A DNA stretch of 37,811 nt from an uncultured Candidatus Peribacteria bacterium. GTDB taxonomy: Bacteria > Patescibacteriota > Gracilibacteria > Peribacterales > Peribacteraceae. Below the pieces are notes generated by a model, which was not told where the DNA came from, made no database searches, and saw only the letters and a list, made by a program, of their open reading frames with translations. The stretch covers positions 1-37,811 of the forward strand of contig CAYYFD010000001.1 in the NCBI GenBank assembly GCA_964471125.1, in the 5' to 3' direction. The position numbers and the translations under genes are program-made. Position 1 is the first letter of the stretch, and every line of letters begins with the position of its first letter. Positions 1-8,444 of the stretch are shown piece after piece.

Positions 1-2
1 GA

Positions 3-119
3 CCGTGCGGCGGCGGACTCCATGGAAACGACGAGTGGGTGTCTCTGTCCTCACTGATCGACCAGTACCACATTTACGAGCGCCTCTTTACTTCTTCGGA
101 CTCTCGCGGACAGCGATAA
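3..119 (+). CDS. 3' end of a gene entering from upstream of the window (possible M20-type metallopeptidase C-terminus)
   Basis: Frame 3 is open from the window edge to TAA at 117-119. It reads PCGGGLHGNDEWVSLSSLIDQYHIYERLF, reminiscent of the G-x-x-H-x-x-DE-W-V motif near the C-terminus of M20 peptidases. Too short to be sure. Confidence 0.25.
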   Translation, partial: PCGGGLHGNDEWVSLSSLIDQYHIYERLFTSSDSRGQR

Positions 120-405
120 GAAGAAGAATTGCACCGAGGAAAATAACGAAATTTACGAGCCAGATGCTCATGTAGTGGGAATGCATCGACATCTGATCCA
201 TGCCTAGGAAAATGTCGGCGAGCTTTTCCATGCTGACATCACGACCGGCAAGCTCGCGAACCTGCAAAGGCTTGGCTGCGAACTGGATCTCACTTGCGAG
301 CGTCACGACGATCATCAGCACAAATGCTAGAAAAGCGACCCACAGCTTCAGCCGAGCGACAGGGTGAACATCCGTTCCGAAAAGGTGTTTGAAAAATGTA
401 CGCAT
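88..405 (-). CDS. small two-TM membrane protein, unknown function
   Basis: ORF 88..441 trimmed to the ATG at 405 (MRTFFKHLFG...). Two hydrophobic helices (LWVAFLAFVLMIVVTL, IWLVNFVIFLGAILLLIAV). No family recognised. Confidence 0.45.
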   Translation of the reverse strand: MRTFFKHLFGTDVHPVARLKLWVAFLAFVLMIVVTLASEIQFAAKPLQVRELAGRDVSMEKLADIFLGMDQMSMHSHYMSIWLVNFVIFLGAILLLIAVRESPKK

Positions 406-447
406 GCGCAAAGAATAAACGCATATGGGAAGCTTTTGCAAATCCTA

Positions 448-900
448 CTAGTTTCCGAGCTTCACGACATTGACGCGTTTCGCTTCCTGCACAATCAGTC
501 TGCGGCTTGGGCGGGAGGTGGTGCGCTCATTGGGAATAACGCTGGATGCACGGTCGGTACCTGCTACCAGTCGCGGAAAGATATCCCAGTCTCCGGTACG
601 CACCGCGCGACGGTGTGCAGATGTAAGGATTTTTCGCACTCTCCGGTTCTCCGCCGCAAATACAGCCGGATTCAGCGGCTCTTCCCACATGTTTCTCCAC
701 GCGTTGTATTCTGTCGCCATCCACTGCTGATACCGCTTCTGCTCTCCTGCAAAGGGGAAATCGGTCTCGGGGGACTGGCTCCATTCGAGGTCCGTGCCTG
801 CACGTACGATTGCACTTTTCGGTTCTGGTGACGAAACAGTGACAAGTGTGGAAGGGGCAAAAAATGTGAGGGCTGTAGCCATTGCGATGATGCTGCGCAT
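448..900 (-). CDS. secreted hypothetical protein
   Basis: ORF 448..924 trimmed to the ATG at 900. The N-terminus MRSIIAMATALTFFAPSTLV looks like a signal peptide. No family recognised. Confidence 0.5.
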   Translation of the reverse strand: MRSIIAMATALTFFAPSTLVTVSSPEPKSAIVRAGTDLEWSQSPETDFPFAGEQKRYQQWMATEYNAWRNMWEEPLNPAVFAAENRRVRKILTSAHRRAVRTGDWDIFPRLVAGTDRASSVIPNERTTSRPSRRLIVQEAKRVNVVKLGN

Positions 901-1010
901 AGAAAATGGGGAAGCAGGAGGCAAAGATTAGCGGGCTTTTGTGGTTTGTAAAGTTGTGTTGATATGTTTGATACACAGGGGAAATTGCTATCATAGACAT
1001 AAACTATAAA

Positions 1011-1277
1011 ATGAGTTATAATACTTTTATGGAACATACAAAAATCACACCACAGATACTGAGAGCTACATTGCAGCCTCATCTTCGGGGGACAAGGCTA
1101 GGAAAGCTGATTGATCACCTCAACCCTGAAGCTGATGCACAAGGAAATGTCTCACCGCGTGTGCTGCGTAATATTCGCAACGCGCTGAGTAATGCAATGG
1201 AAACGACGGATGACGATACTGTAAAAGGAGCATGTGGGGCAACACTCGAGGAACTTCATACGTTACTTGGAGAGTAA
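1011..1277 (+). CDS. hypothetical small protein (88 aa)
   Basis: Only plausible ORF in the gap between flanking minus-strand genes. No recognisable motif. Confidence 0.4.
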   Translation: MSYNTFMEHTKITPQILRATLQPHLRGTRLGKLIDHLNPEADAQGNVSPRVLRNIRNALSNAMETTDDDTVKGACGATLEELHTLLGE

Positions 1278-1326
1278 AGCAGCTCAGAGAACAATCAGAT
1301 AACCTTTGTATGCTCATGCCAAGTTT

Positions 1327-2523
1327 TCACGTAGGGATCTCTCTCCACGCTGACCGCATGGAAACGAATGCAAGCACAAGTACGATTCCGCCTATGACGC
1401 CGCTTATGGAGAGCGCATAAGGAATGCCGCGTGCGTCGGCGAGGGCTCCAACGAATGGTGATGCGCAAACGAAGAGGAGACGGCTGAAAAATGAACGCAC
1501 CGATAGCACAGTCGCACGTACATCGGAGGAGGTCATACGATTGATGAGGTCGGCACTGAGAGGACCCACGAAGTGCCACGACAAGCGACTGATGAGAAAG
1601 AAGATGAGGAGGAAGGATGCAGGGGGGAGACTGAGGGAGAGGAAGCAGAAAACGGTCACAAGAGCCGGAATAATGAGAAGCAGGCGATCATCCACGCGTT
1701 TTTCAAACCATGACACGGACTTCGCTGCAAAGGCACCCGCCGCAACGGTGAGGGCATGGGTGATGCCGAAGAGTGCTACCGGTACGCCAACCAAACTCTG
1801 GTATGGCTGGAAGAACCAGAAGAATATGAGGGAGAGACTGGAGATGAGTCCGAAGGTAAGAATGACCATCCGCAGGCCAGGGTGTTTGAAGAGCGCGTGC
1901 GCTGAAGTCCGGAGAATTGCCTTCAGGTGCTGGGGCTCCTTAAGGGTATGACGCTTCGGTTCTTGCAATGACGCTGCGGTCAGTACGGCAAGCGCCATGG
2001 GTATAGCCGTAAGCCATAGGGGAAGCACCAGACTGACAGCACCAAGAAGACCTCCAAGAATGCCACTCGCCGCTTCTGTGTTGAATTCATAAAATGCCTG
2101 ATTACCGGCAATTTTTCTGTACTCTCGCGCACGACCAAGTTCTAGGAGTGTGTCGTAGGTCATTGCTTCGATTGTTCCCGAGAGGAGGCTGGAGCCCACG
2201 CCGACGAGGATTTCCGCGAGCAGGAAACGCCAGAAGGTCTCACTGGTTGCATACGAGATATACGCGGCAAAGCCAAAGCAGCATCCGAGCACTAGAGTAT
2301 TTCTGCGTCCCCAGCGGTCAGCGAGGTATCCCGTAGGTATCTCCAGTATGAATACCGTGAGGGCAAAGCCGGATTGCAAAAGCATGATTTGCTTCAGGTT
2401 CAATCCATTCGACTGCCAAAAAAGCACGATGATCGGAATCATGAACAAAGCCTGCGTGAGCGCTTGGATCACGTGGAGCTTCCAGATATTCGATGCGATG
2501 GTCGGTGTATCCGACGTTTTCAC
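1327..2523 (-). CDS. MFS transporter
   Basis: 398 aa with about 12 hydrophobic segments. Carries the MFS loop 2-3 signature GYLADRWGRRNTLV. Confidence 0.85.
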   Translation of the reverse strand: MKTSDTPTIASNIWKLHVIQALTQALFMIPIIVLFWQSNGLNLKQIMLLQSGFALTVFILEIPTGYLADRWGRRNTLVLGCCFGFAAYISYATSETFWRFLLAEILVGVGSSLLSGTIEAMTYDTLLELGRAREYRKIAGNQAFYEFNTEAASGILGGLLGAVSLVLPLWLTAIPMALAVLTAASLQEPKRHTLKEPQHLKAILRTSAHALFKHPGLRMVILTFGLISSLSLIFFWFFQPYQSLVGVPVALFGITHALTVAAGAFAAKSVSWFEKRVDDRLLLIIPALVTVFCFLSLSLPPASFLLIFFLISRLSWHFVGPLSADLINRMTSSDVRATVLSVRSFFSRLLFVCASPFVGALADARGIPYALSISGVIGGIVLVLAFVSMRSAWREIPT

Positions 2524-2587
2524 AGATGCATTCTATAGATGAGCCAAAACATGTACACGGATCATCTTTCAATTCTCTCTTCGTTTG

Positions 2588-2616
2588 TTCACAACTAAAG
2601 CCTCCTCTGATACATT
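2588..2616 (+). promoter_or_regulatory. sigma70-like promoter candidate for tRNA-Phe (TTCACA-17-TACATT)
   Basis: TTCACA at 2588-2593, 17-nt spacer, TACATT at 2611-2616. The -10 ends 8 nt before the mature tRNA 5' end at 2625. Confidence 0.3.
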
Positions 2617-2624
2617 AATCCCGT

Positions 2625-2700
2625 GGCCCGGTAGCTCAGTTGGTAGAGCACTCGCCTGAAGAGCGAGGTGTCACCAGTTCGAACCTGGTCTGGGCCACCA
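2625..2700 (+). tRNA. tRNA-Phe (anticodon GAA)
   Basis: Hand-folded cloverleaf. Acceptor GGCCCGG/CTGGGCC, D arm GCTC-AGTTGGTA-GAGC, anticodon arm CTCGC-CTGAAGA-GCGAG, T arm ACCAG-TTCGAAC-CTGGT. Discriminator A and encoded CCA. Confidence 0.95.
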
Positions 2701-2717
2701 TTCGACTCGTGTATTCA

Positions 2718-4406
2718 TTACGGCGTACTCTCCGGATTGAACCACATCTGAAGATCGTGGTCTTCCATAGCGTCTTTAGGATCGACTACCTGATCGGGAG
2801 TCCAGTTCGGATCGCGGTAGATATTGAGGACTTCCATGCCGGAGACGGTGATGGAGTGCACTTTCTCGGAATCCGGGAGGACATGTTTGTACTCCATCCA
2901 ATCGAAGTTATCCATAACGTACTTCGGCGTGTACTTCTTCCACATAGTGATGCGACGACGCTGCTCAGAGGTAAGGATATTGGGATTCTCCCACCCGGGA
3001 CTGCTCGTAACAAAAACGGGGATGATGGGATCGGTGTCGTTCTCGAGGATCCATTCAAATCCTTGCCGGTACGAAAGACCCCAGTAGTCGAGCTCGAAAT
3101 TGTGCTCCACGAAGCGCGAGGGGATGGAGTAGTAGACGTACTGCAGTGGGTGATTGCGGACCATCCAGATACCGGTACTGAGCATGCAGAGCGCTGGAAA
3201 TGCCACGAGAAATGTCTGCAAGTACGTACGAATGCGCTGAGCCTGTATTCCAGATGCACGGATCCACAGCCCACGCAGCCCGATCACGGCGAGGAGAACC
3301 GTCGCCGGATACGTGAAATACAGGTGCCGCCATTCGTCAAAGAGATCTGCTTTCATGACAACAACGATGACGAGAGGGATGACGAACCAGGACACAAACA
3401 ATAAAGTGTTTCTCTGCGTCGTGAGAATCGCAAAGAGATCTCTGCGCAGAGAGCTGCAGAATGAGACCATCGCCGTGAGTGCGAGAGCCACATAGAGCAG
3501 CGGGGTTTTGGTGATCAGATGGACCAAAACCCAATGCCATGGCGTATAGCCGATCTTCTGACCAAAATAAAATCCTCCCGGTTGCTGCTGATCACTCATC
3601 ATATTCAACATTGCAGCGATAAAGTTTATGACAGGCTTTTCCCAGAGCAGAGGCCAAAGCGCGACAGTCGATAGGGCAAAGCAGGCTATATACACAAGGA
3701 TAAGCTTTACATAGCGCTGGATATCCACGGAACCATTCCTTCGAAGCTCCTGCAGCATGGCAAGGACGAGAAATATCCCTGTGTAGATCGGGACAAAAAG
3801 GCCGCCGACTCTGAGTGCCAGAACCATACCGCTGCATAGCCCGTGCACGGCGGCGGAGCGCAGGGTTTTGCGGTCCAACATGACCATCAGCGTAAACATC
3901 TTGAAGGTAAAAAAGACCATTGCGGGGATGTCTCTTGTATTCACAAATGCATGGCCGAACTGCCGGGGGCTGAAGAAGTAGATGGCGGCTACGAGCAGTG
4001 CCCAGCCGCGGTGCTTGAAATGACGAAAGGCAATAGCGTAGAGAGTAACCATGCCCATCCAGAAAATGACGTATCCAGCAGCGTGGCGAAAGATAAAGAG
4101 ATGCCGTGCATACTCCAGCTGAAACAGTTGCTGCAATCCGTACAGAAGTATTTCCACAAATGCTCCGTGGAAGCGTATACCGAGGTGTGCAGGGTACGGC
4201 TGACTCGTGAATACGTACTCGAATGCCTCCTCTCCCAAAACGATCATTGATTTTTCATCCCATGAAATGCCGTAGTCCTGCGCGACCCACAACCCTGTCA
4301 GGAGCGTGACTCCGAAAAAGATACGCACAGTCCAGCGTGACTGAAGCCAGCGTTGTAGTGTGGCGATGACCATCCATGGCAGTCTATCTGTGCTAGAGAT
4401 GGACAT
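2718..4406 (-). CDS. polytopic membrane glycosyltransferase, GT39/GT83-like (PMT/ArnT family) with C-terminal soluble domain
   Basis: 562 aa with many TM helices. An early loop carries a DE motif (YGISWDEKS), as in PMT/ArnT enzymes. The start overlaps the obg stop by 14 nt, suggesting an operon. Confidence 0.6.
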   Translation of the reverse strand: MSISSTDRLPWMVIATLQRWLQSRWTVRIFFGVTLLTGLWVAQDYGISWDEKSMIVLGEEAFEYVFTSQPYPAHLGIRFHGAFVEILLYGLQQLFQLEYARHLFIFRHAAGYVIFWMGMVTLYAIAFRHFKHRGWALLVAAIYFFSPRQFGHAFVNTRDIPAMVFFTFKMFTLMVMLDRKTLRSAAVHGLCSGMVLALRVGGLFVPIYTGIFLVLAMLQELRRNGSVDIQRYVKLILVYIACFALSTVALWPLLWEKPVINFIAAMLNMMSDQQQPGGFYFGQKIGYTPWHWVLVHLITKTPLLYVALALTAMVSFCSSLRRDLFAILTTQRNTLLFVSWFVIPLVIVVVMKADLFDEWRHLYFTYPATVLLAVIGLRGLWIRASGIQAQRIRTYLQTFLVAFPALCMLSTGIWMVRNHPLQYVYYSIPSRFVEHNFELDYWGLSYRQGFEWILENDTDPIIPVFVTSSPGWENPNILTSEQRRRITMWKKYTPKYVMDNFDWMEYKHVLPDSEKVHSITVSGMEVLNIYRDPNWTPDQVVDPKDAMEDHDLQMWFNPESTP

Positions 4407-5712
4407 CCACGCGTATTTTCCCGATAAAGATTTTCGTTGCCCCGCCGTTACGCAGCTTCGTTATCTCTTTACGTAGCCCGATCTTCTGGAGGACATCGAG
4501 AAAGCGTTCCCTGCCGCCCTCGGATGCGAAGTCCGTCATGGCCGTAAACTGCTCAAGGCGCTTTCCTGTAATGTGTGCCTCATCACCCTGTGTTTCTATA
4601 CGGTAGGCACCCATCGTGTTGGCGCGCTTTTCGGGACGCAGTACGGGAAGGGATTCTGTCTCAGCTTCTTCCTCTGTGGGAAGCTGACGAACACGCTCCT
4701 CAAGGACAACGGGCAGAAGCTCTTCGAGAAGAGGCTTTACACCGTGACCGGTTGCTGCGGAGATGACGTATTGGACAGGTACTTTTAGCTTCTTTAATTG
4801 CTTGAGAACTGGAGATAGATCCTCGATTGTAAGATCCGCCTTGCTGATAGCTACGACTTCACGCTTTGCCGCAAGAGTAGGGGAGTAGGCGATGAGCTCT
4901 TTACGGATGGCGAGGTAATCCTGTGCTAGTTTTTTTGCATCAATGCTTCCATCGGTGTCCATTGCACGGGAGAGATCGAGAAGATGGAGTAGGAGACCGC
5001 ACCGCTCGATGTGGCGCAGAAAGGCGTGACCGAGGCCCTTTCCTTCGCTCGCCCCTTCAATGAGACCCGGAATGTCACAGACGACGATACTGCGATCAGC
5101 AATGGTGACGACACCCAGATTCGGCGTGAGCGTGGTAAACGGGTAGTTCGCGATCTTCGGACGTGCCGAGGATATCGCCGCAATCAGTGTGGATTTGCCG
5201 ACATTCGGATAGCCGATGATGCCGACGTCCGCGACAAGCTTCAATTCCAAATGCACGATGCGCTGCTCTCCCGGTTCGCCTTTTTCCGCGAAATCCGGAG
5301 CTTGCCTTGTGGAGCTTACGAAGTGCCCGTTGCCGTATCCTCCACGACCACCCTTTGCGATAGAGATCGTATCTCCTGCATGACGCAGATCCGCCGTCAG
5401 GGTTTTTTGGCCGTCTTCCAGTGTAAACACCAGTGTCCCGGGAGGAACAAAGAGTCGCAGTTCCTCGCCCCCTCTTCCCCCGCGGTCGTTTCCGGAGCCC
5501 TGTGCGCCAGTTTTCGCCGTGAACTTTTTACGGGAGACAAAGTTACTCAAGGTATCGGTGTTCACATTCGCCTCAATGATCACATCGCCGCCGTCTCCAC
5601 CGTCTCCGCCGTCCGGCCCTCCCATCGGTTCATACTTTTCTCGACGCCAGCCAATGCAGCCGCGTCCGCCGTCGCCTCCCTGTACGGTGATAGTGGCTTC
5701 ATCAAGGAACAT
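4393..5712 (-). CDS. obg: GTPase Obg/CgtA
   Basis: N-terminal Obg fold MFLDEATITVQGGDGGRGCIGWRREKY...GGPDGGDGGDGGDV. G1 motif GYPNVGKST and a DIPGLIEGA switch. C-terminal Obg_CT-like domain (ITGKRLEQFTAMTDF...). Confidence 0.95.
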   Translation of the reverse strand: MFLDEATITVQGGDGGRGCIGWRREKYEPMGGPDGGDGGDGGDVIIEANVNTDTLSNFVSRKKFTAKTGAQGSGNDRGGRGGEELRLFVPPGTLVFTLEDGQKTLTADLRHAGDTISIAKGGRGGYGNGHFVSSTRQAPDFAEKGEPGEQRIVHLELKLVADVGIIGYPNVGKSTLIAAISSARPKIANYPFTTLTPNLGVVTIADRSIVVCDIPGLIEGASEGKGLGHAFLRHIERCGLLLHLLDLSRAMDTDGSIDAKKLAQDYLAIRKELIAYSPTLAAKREVVAISKADLTIEDLSPVLKQLKKLKVPVQYVISAATGHGVKPLLEELLPVVLEERVRQLPTEEEAETESLPVLRPEKRANTMGAYRIETQGDEAHITGKRLEQFTAMTDFASEGGRERFLDVLQKIGLRKEITKLRNGGATKIFIGKIRVDVHL

Positions 5713-5755
5713 TGTTAGAATGGAAATGCATTGGATAAAAGAGTTTTAAAATTTC

Positions 5756-5784
5756 TTGACCGTGCCATATTAGCACTCTATACT
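5756..5784 (+). promoter_or_regulatory. sigma70-like promoter for dnaK (TTGACC-17-TATACT)
   Basis: TTGACC at 5756-5761, exact 17-nt spacer, TATACT at 5779-5784. Overlaps the CIRCE element. Confidence 0.5.
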
Positions 5785-5796
5785 CTTGAGTGACAA
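5770..5796. promoter_or_regulatory. CIRCE (HrcA operator) inverted repeat
   Basis: TTAGCACTC-N9-GAGTGACAA versus the consensus TTAGCACTC-N9-GAGTGCTAA. The left arm is perfect and the right arm has 2 mismatches. Lies 66 nt upstream of the dnaK ATG. Confidence 0.7.
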
Positions 5797-5861
5797 TTAG
5801 GACCTACGAAGGAATTCTCCTTTGTTTAGCGTCAAATTACAATTCCATTCACCACACCTTT

Positions 5862-7766
5862 ATGTCCAAGATCATCGGAATCGACCTCGGCACCACGAAC
5901 TCCTGCATTGCCGTTATTGAAGGGGGTGAACCACAGGTGATCCCCAACGCGGAGGGCAATCGCACAACCCCATCTGTTGTTGCTTATAAGGATAGCGGAG
6001 AGATTCTGGTGGGTGTTGCTGCGAAGAGACAAGCGGTGACGAATCCGGCGAATACCATTTTTTCTGCGAAACGCTTTATTGGTCGTCGCTACGCTGAAGT
6101 GCGCGATGAGATTAAGCGCATTCCATTTATCGTCACCGAGGGAAAGGAGGGGCGTGCAGCAATCAAAGCGCAGGGCAAGGAGATGCTGCCACAAGAGGTA
6201 AGTGCGAAGGTGCTCCAGAAGCTCAAGGCGGATGCCGAAGCCTATCTCGGTACAACCGTCGATAAGGCGGTGATTACCGTGCCAGCCTACTTCGATGATG
6301 CACAGAGACAGGCAACGAAAGATGCAGGACAGATCGCCGGACTGGAAGTCGTGCGCATCATTAATGAACCGACGGCAGCAGCGCTCGCCTACGGACTCGA
6401 TAAGGGTAGCAAGGATCAGAAAATCGTTGTCTTCGACCTTGGAGGAGGAACGTTCGACGTGTCGGTTCTCGAGCTTGGTGACGGCGTGTTTGAGGTAATC
6501 TCCACCAACGGCGACACACACCTCGGCGGTGATGATTTCGACGAAGCGATCATGGACTGGATTTTGAAGGAATTCAAAAAGGAGAGTGGTGTGGATCTTA
6601 GTAAAGACATGATCGCCATTCAGCGTCTGAAAGAGTCAGCTGAAAAGGCAAAGATTGAACTGAGCTCCTCGACGGAGACGGAAATAAGTTTGCCCTTCAT
6701 CACCGCAGACAGCTCTGGACCCAAACACCTCCAGATGAAGCTCAGTCGTGCAAAGCTGGAGTCGCTGGTTTCCACACTTATCGAGCGCACCGTACAGCCG
6801 TGTCTCAATGCGCTGAAGGACGCGAAGCTCGGCAAGGATCAGATCGACCAGATCGTTCTCGTCGGAGGAATGACTCGGATGCCGGCAGTCGTTGCCAAGG
6901 CCAAAGAGCTCTTCGGCAAGGAGCCCCACAAAGGCGTGAATCCGGATGAAGTCGTAGCGATCGGAGCCGCTGTGCAGGCCGGTATACTCGGTGGTGATAT
7001 CGATAAAGATATCGTACTCGTCGATGTGACGCCGCTTTCTCTCGGGCTCGAAACCCTTGGAGGAGTCGCTACAAAAGTCATTGAACGCAACACAAAAATT
7101 CCTTCCAAGAAGAGCCAGGTATTTTCCACGGCTGCAGATAATCAGCCATCCGTGGAGATCCACGTCGTGCAGGGGGAGCGGGGAATGGCAACGGATAACA
7201 AATCTCTTGGTCGCTTCATTCTTGACGGTATTCCGCCGTCCCCGCGTGGCATGCCGCAAATTGAGGTGTCTTTTGATATCGACGCCAACGGCATTATGCA
7301 TGTCACAGCGAAAGATCTCGGTACAGGAAAGACGCAGCACATTACCATCAAAGGTTCGACCGGCCTCTCCTCTGATGAAATCGAGCAGATGAAGAAGGAT
7401 GCAGAGCTGCATGCAGATGAGGACAAGAAGAAAAAGGAGGGAGTGGATACGCGCAACGCTGCCGATGCCCTGATCTTCAATCTCGAAAAGCAGATGAAGG
7501 AGTACGACAGCAAGATTCCTGATGAGCTGAAAAAGAAGATCAATACGAAGACCAGTGAGCTGAAAGATCTTCTAAAAAAAGATGACGCATCGATGGAAGA
7601 GATCAAAAAGGCAACAGAGTCCCTTGCGGAGGAAGCGCAGGAAATCGGCAAGATTATCTATGCGGAAGCGCAAAAAAAGGATTCCAAAGATGCGGAGGGG
7701 GCCAAGGGATCCAAGGATGATGTTGTCGAAGGGGAAGTTGTCGAAGATGCTCCGAAGAAGGAGTAA
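5862..7766 (+). CDS. dnaK: molecular chaperone DnaK (Hsp70)
   Basis: [18 protein letters not shown]..., [23 protein letters not shown] 5790..7766 trimmed to the ATG at 5862, where homology begins. Confidence 0.97.
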   Translation: MSKIIGIDLGTTNSCIAVIEGGEPQVIPNAEGNRTTPSVVAYKDSGEILVGVAAKRQAVTNPANTIFSAKRFIGRRYAEVRDEIKRIPFIVTEGKEGRAAIKAQGKEMLPQEVSAKVLQKLKADAEAYLGTTVDKAVITVPAYFDDAQRQATKDAGQIAGLEVVRIINEPTAAALAYGLDKGSKDQKIVVFDLGGGTFDVSVLELGDGVFEVISTNGDTHLGGDDFDEAIMDWILKEFKKESGVDLSKDMIAIQRLKESAEKAKIELSSSTETEISLPFITADSSGPKHLQMKLSRAKLESLVSTLIERTVQPCLNALKDAKLGKDQIDQIVLVGGMTRMPAVVAKAKELFGKEPHKGVNPDEVVAIGAAVQAGILGGDIDKDIVLVDVTPLSLGLETLGGVATKVIERNTKIPSKKSQVFSTAADNQPSVEIHVVQGERGMATDNKSLGRFILDGIPPSPRGMPQIEVSFDIDANGIMHVTAKDLGTGKTQHITIKGSTGLSSDEIEQMKKDAELHADEDKKKKEGVDTRNAADALIFNLEKQMKEYDSKIPDELKKKINTKTSELKDLLKKDDASMEEIKKATESLAEEAQEIGKIIYAEAQKKDSKDAEGAKGSKDDVVEGEVVEDAPKKE

Positions 7767-7828
7767 TTTCGATGATCTATCTCTGCAATTGGGATTGACG
7801 CTCATGTCAAATTTCGTACTGTGACTGT

Positions 7829-8425
7829 ATGACCGTAGAACGATTGTCATTGGAATCGCAAAGCGAGCACATTGCGCTCGTTGAACGTGATGACCGTAAT
7901 GTCTTCGGTGTTATGGGTTTGACACTTTCGGCGTCAGTACGAAAAAGACTGGATCGCAAAGACCCATTACTGACGACAGTTCGTTTACTCATGCAGGAGG
8001 GAAACATAGATGATGCGGAGGCTTTACTCATGCAGTGCATGCCTCGTCATGAAAGTGATACACAAGACAGTCGCTACTTTGGTGTGTACTGGACAGCGGG
8101 AGACATTGCCCAGCAACGTGGAAATCCATCTGAAGCAATTCAGAATTACATTCAGGCAATTCAACGCTTTCCTGAGGAGCTACGTAAAGGGCACTTACAA
8201 AGGTTAGAAGCATTGGGCGTTGAAACTGCGAGAGCTGTGCTTGCAAAAGGAGGCAATCTTGCAGAAACCGATGCTGCTGCTGTTCTGCAAAATTTGCTGG
8301 TGCTGCAAAGCAGGCTTCGTGGTGACGGTGTAGTTGTCTTTGCGCAAATGAGTTCTGCGCGGGAGATGTTTGGTAGTCTGGAGCACAGCGGATCGGGCGC
8401 GCATCGATCACCTAGACAGCGGTAG
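7829..8425 (+). CDS. hypothetical protein, helical/TPR-like
   Basis: 198-aa ORF directly after dnaK. Helical repeat-like composition (AEALLMQCM..., SEAIQNYIQAIQRFPE). No J-domain HPD motif. Confidence 0.45.
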   Translation: MTVERLSLESQSEHIALVERDDRNVFGVMGLTLSASVRKRLDRKDPLLTTVRLLMQEGNIDDAEALLMQCMPRHESDTQDSRYFGVYWTAGDIAQQRGNPSEAIQNYIQAIQRFPEELRKGHLQRLEALGVETARAVLAKGGNLAETDAAAVLQNLLVLQSRLRGDGVVVFAQMSSAREMFGSLEHSGSGAHRSPRQR

Positions 8426-8444
8426 GTCTCTAAGAAAGATTCAA

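Noticed and set aside
2640-3404. 254-aa plus-strand ORF
   Set aside because: It lies antisense within the GT39-like membrane glycosyltransferase gene and begins inside tRNA-Phe. It has no recognisable motifs and looks like a typical shadow ORF.
5011-5718. 235-aa plus-strand ORF
   Set aside because: Entirely antisense to obg, whose identity is unambiguous. Arg/Cys-rich shadow-frame composition.
6636-7412. 258-aa minus-strand ORF, plus several 60-170-aa ORFs in 5832-7850
   Set aside because: Antisense or out of frame within dnaK, so they are shadow ORFs.
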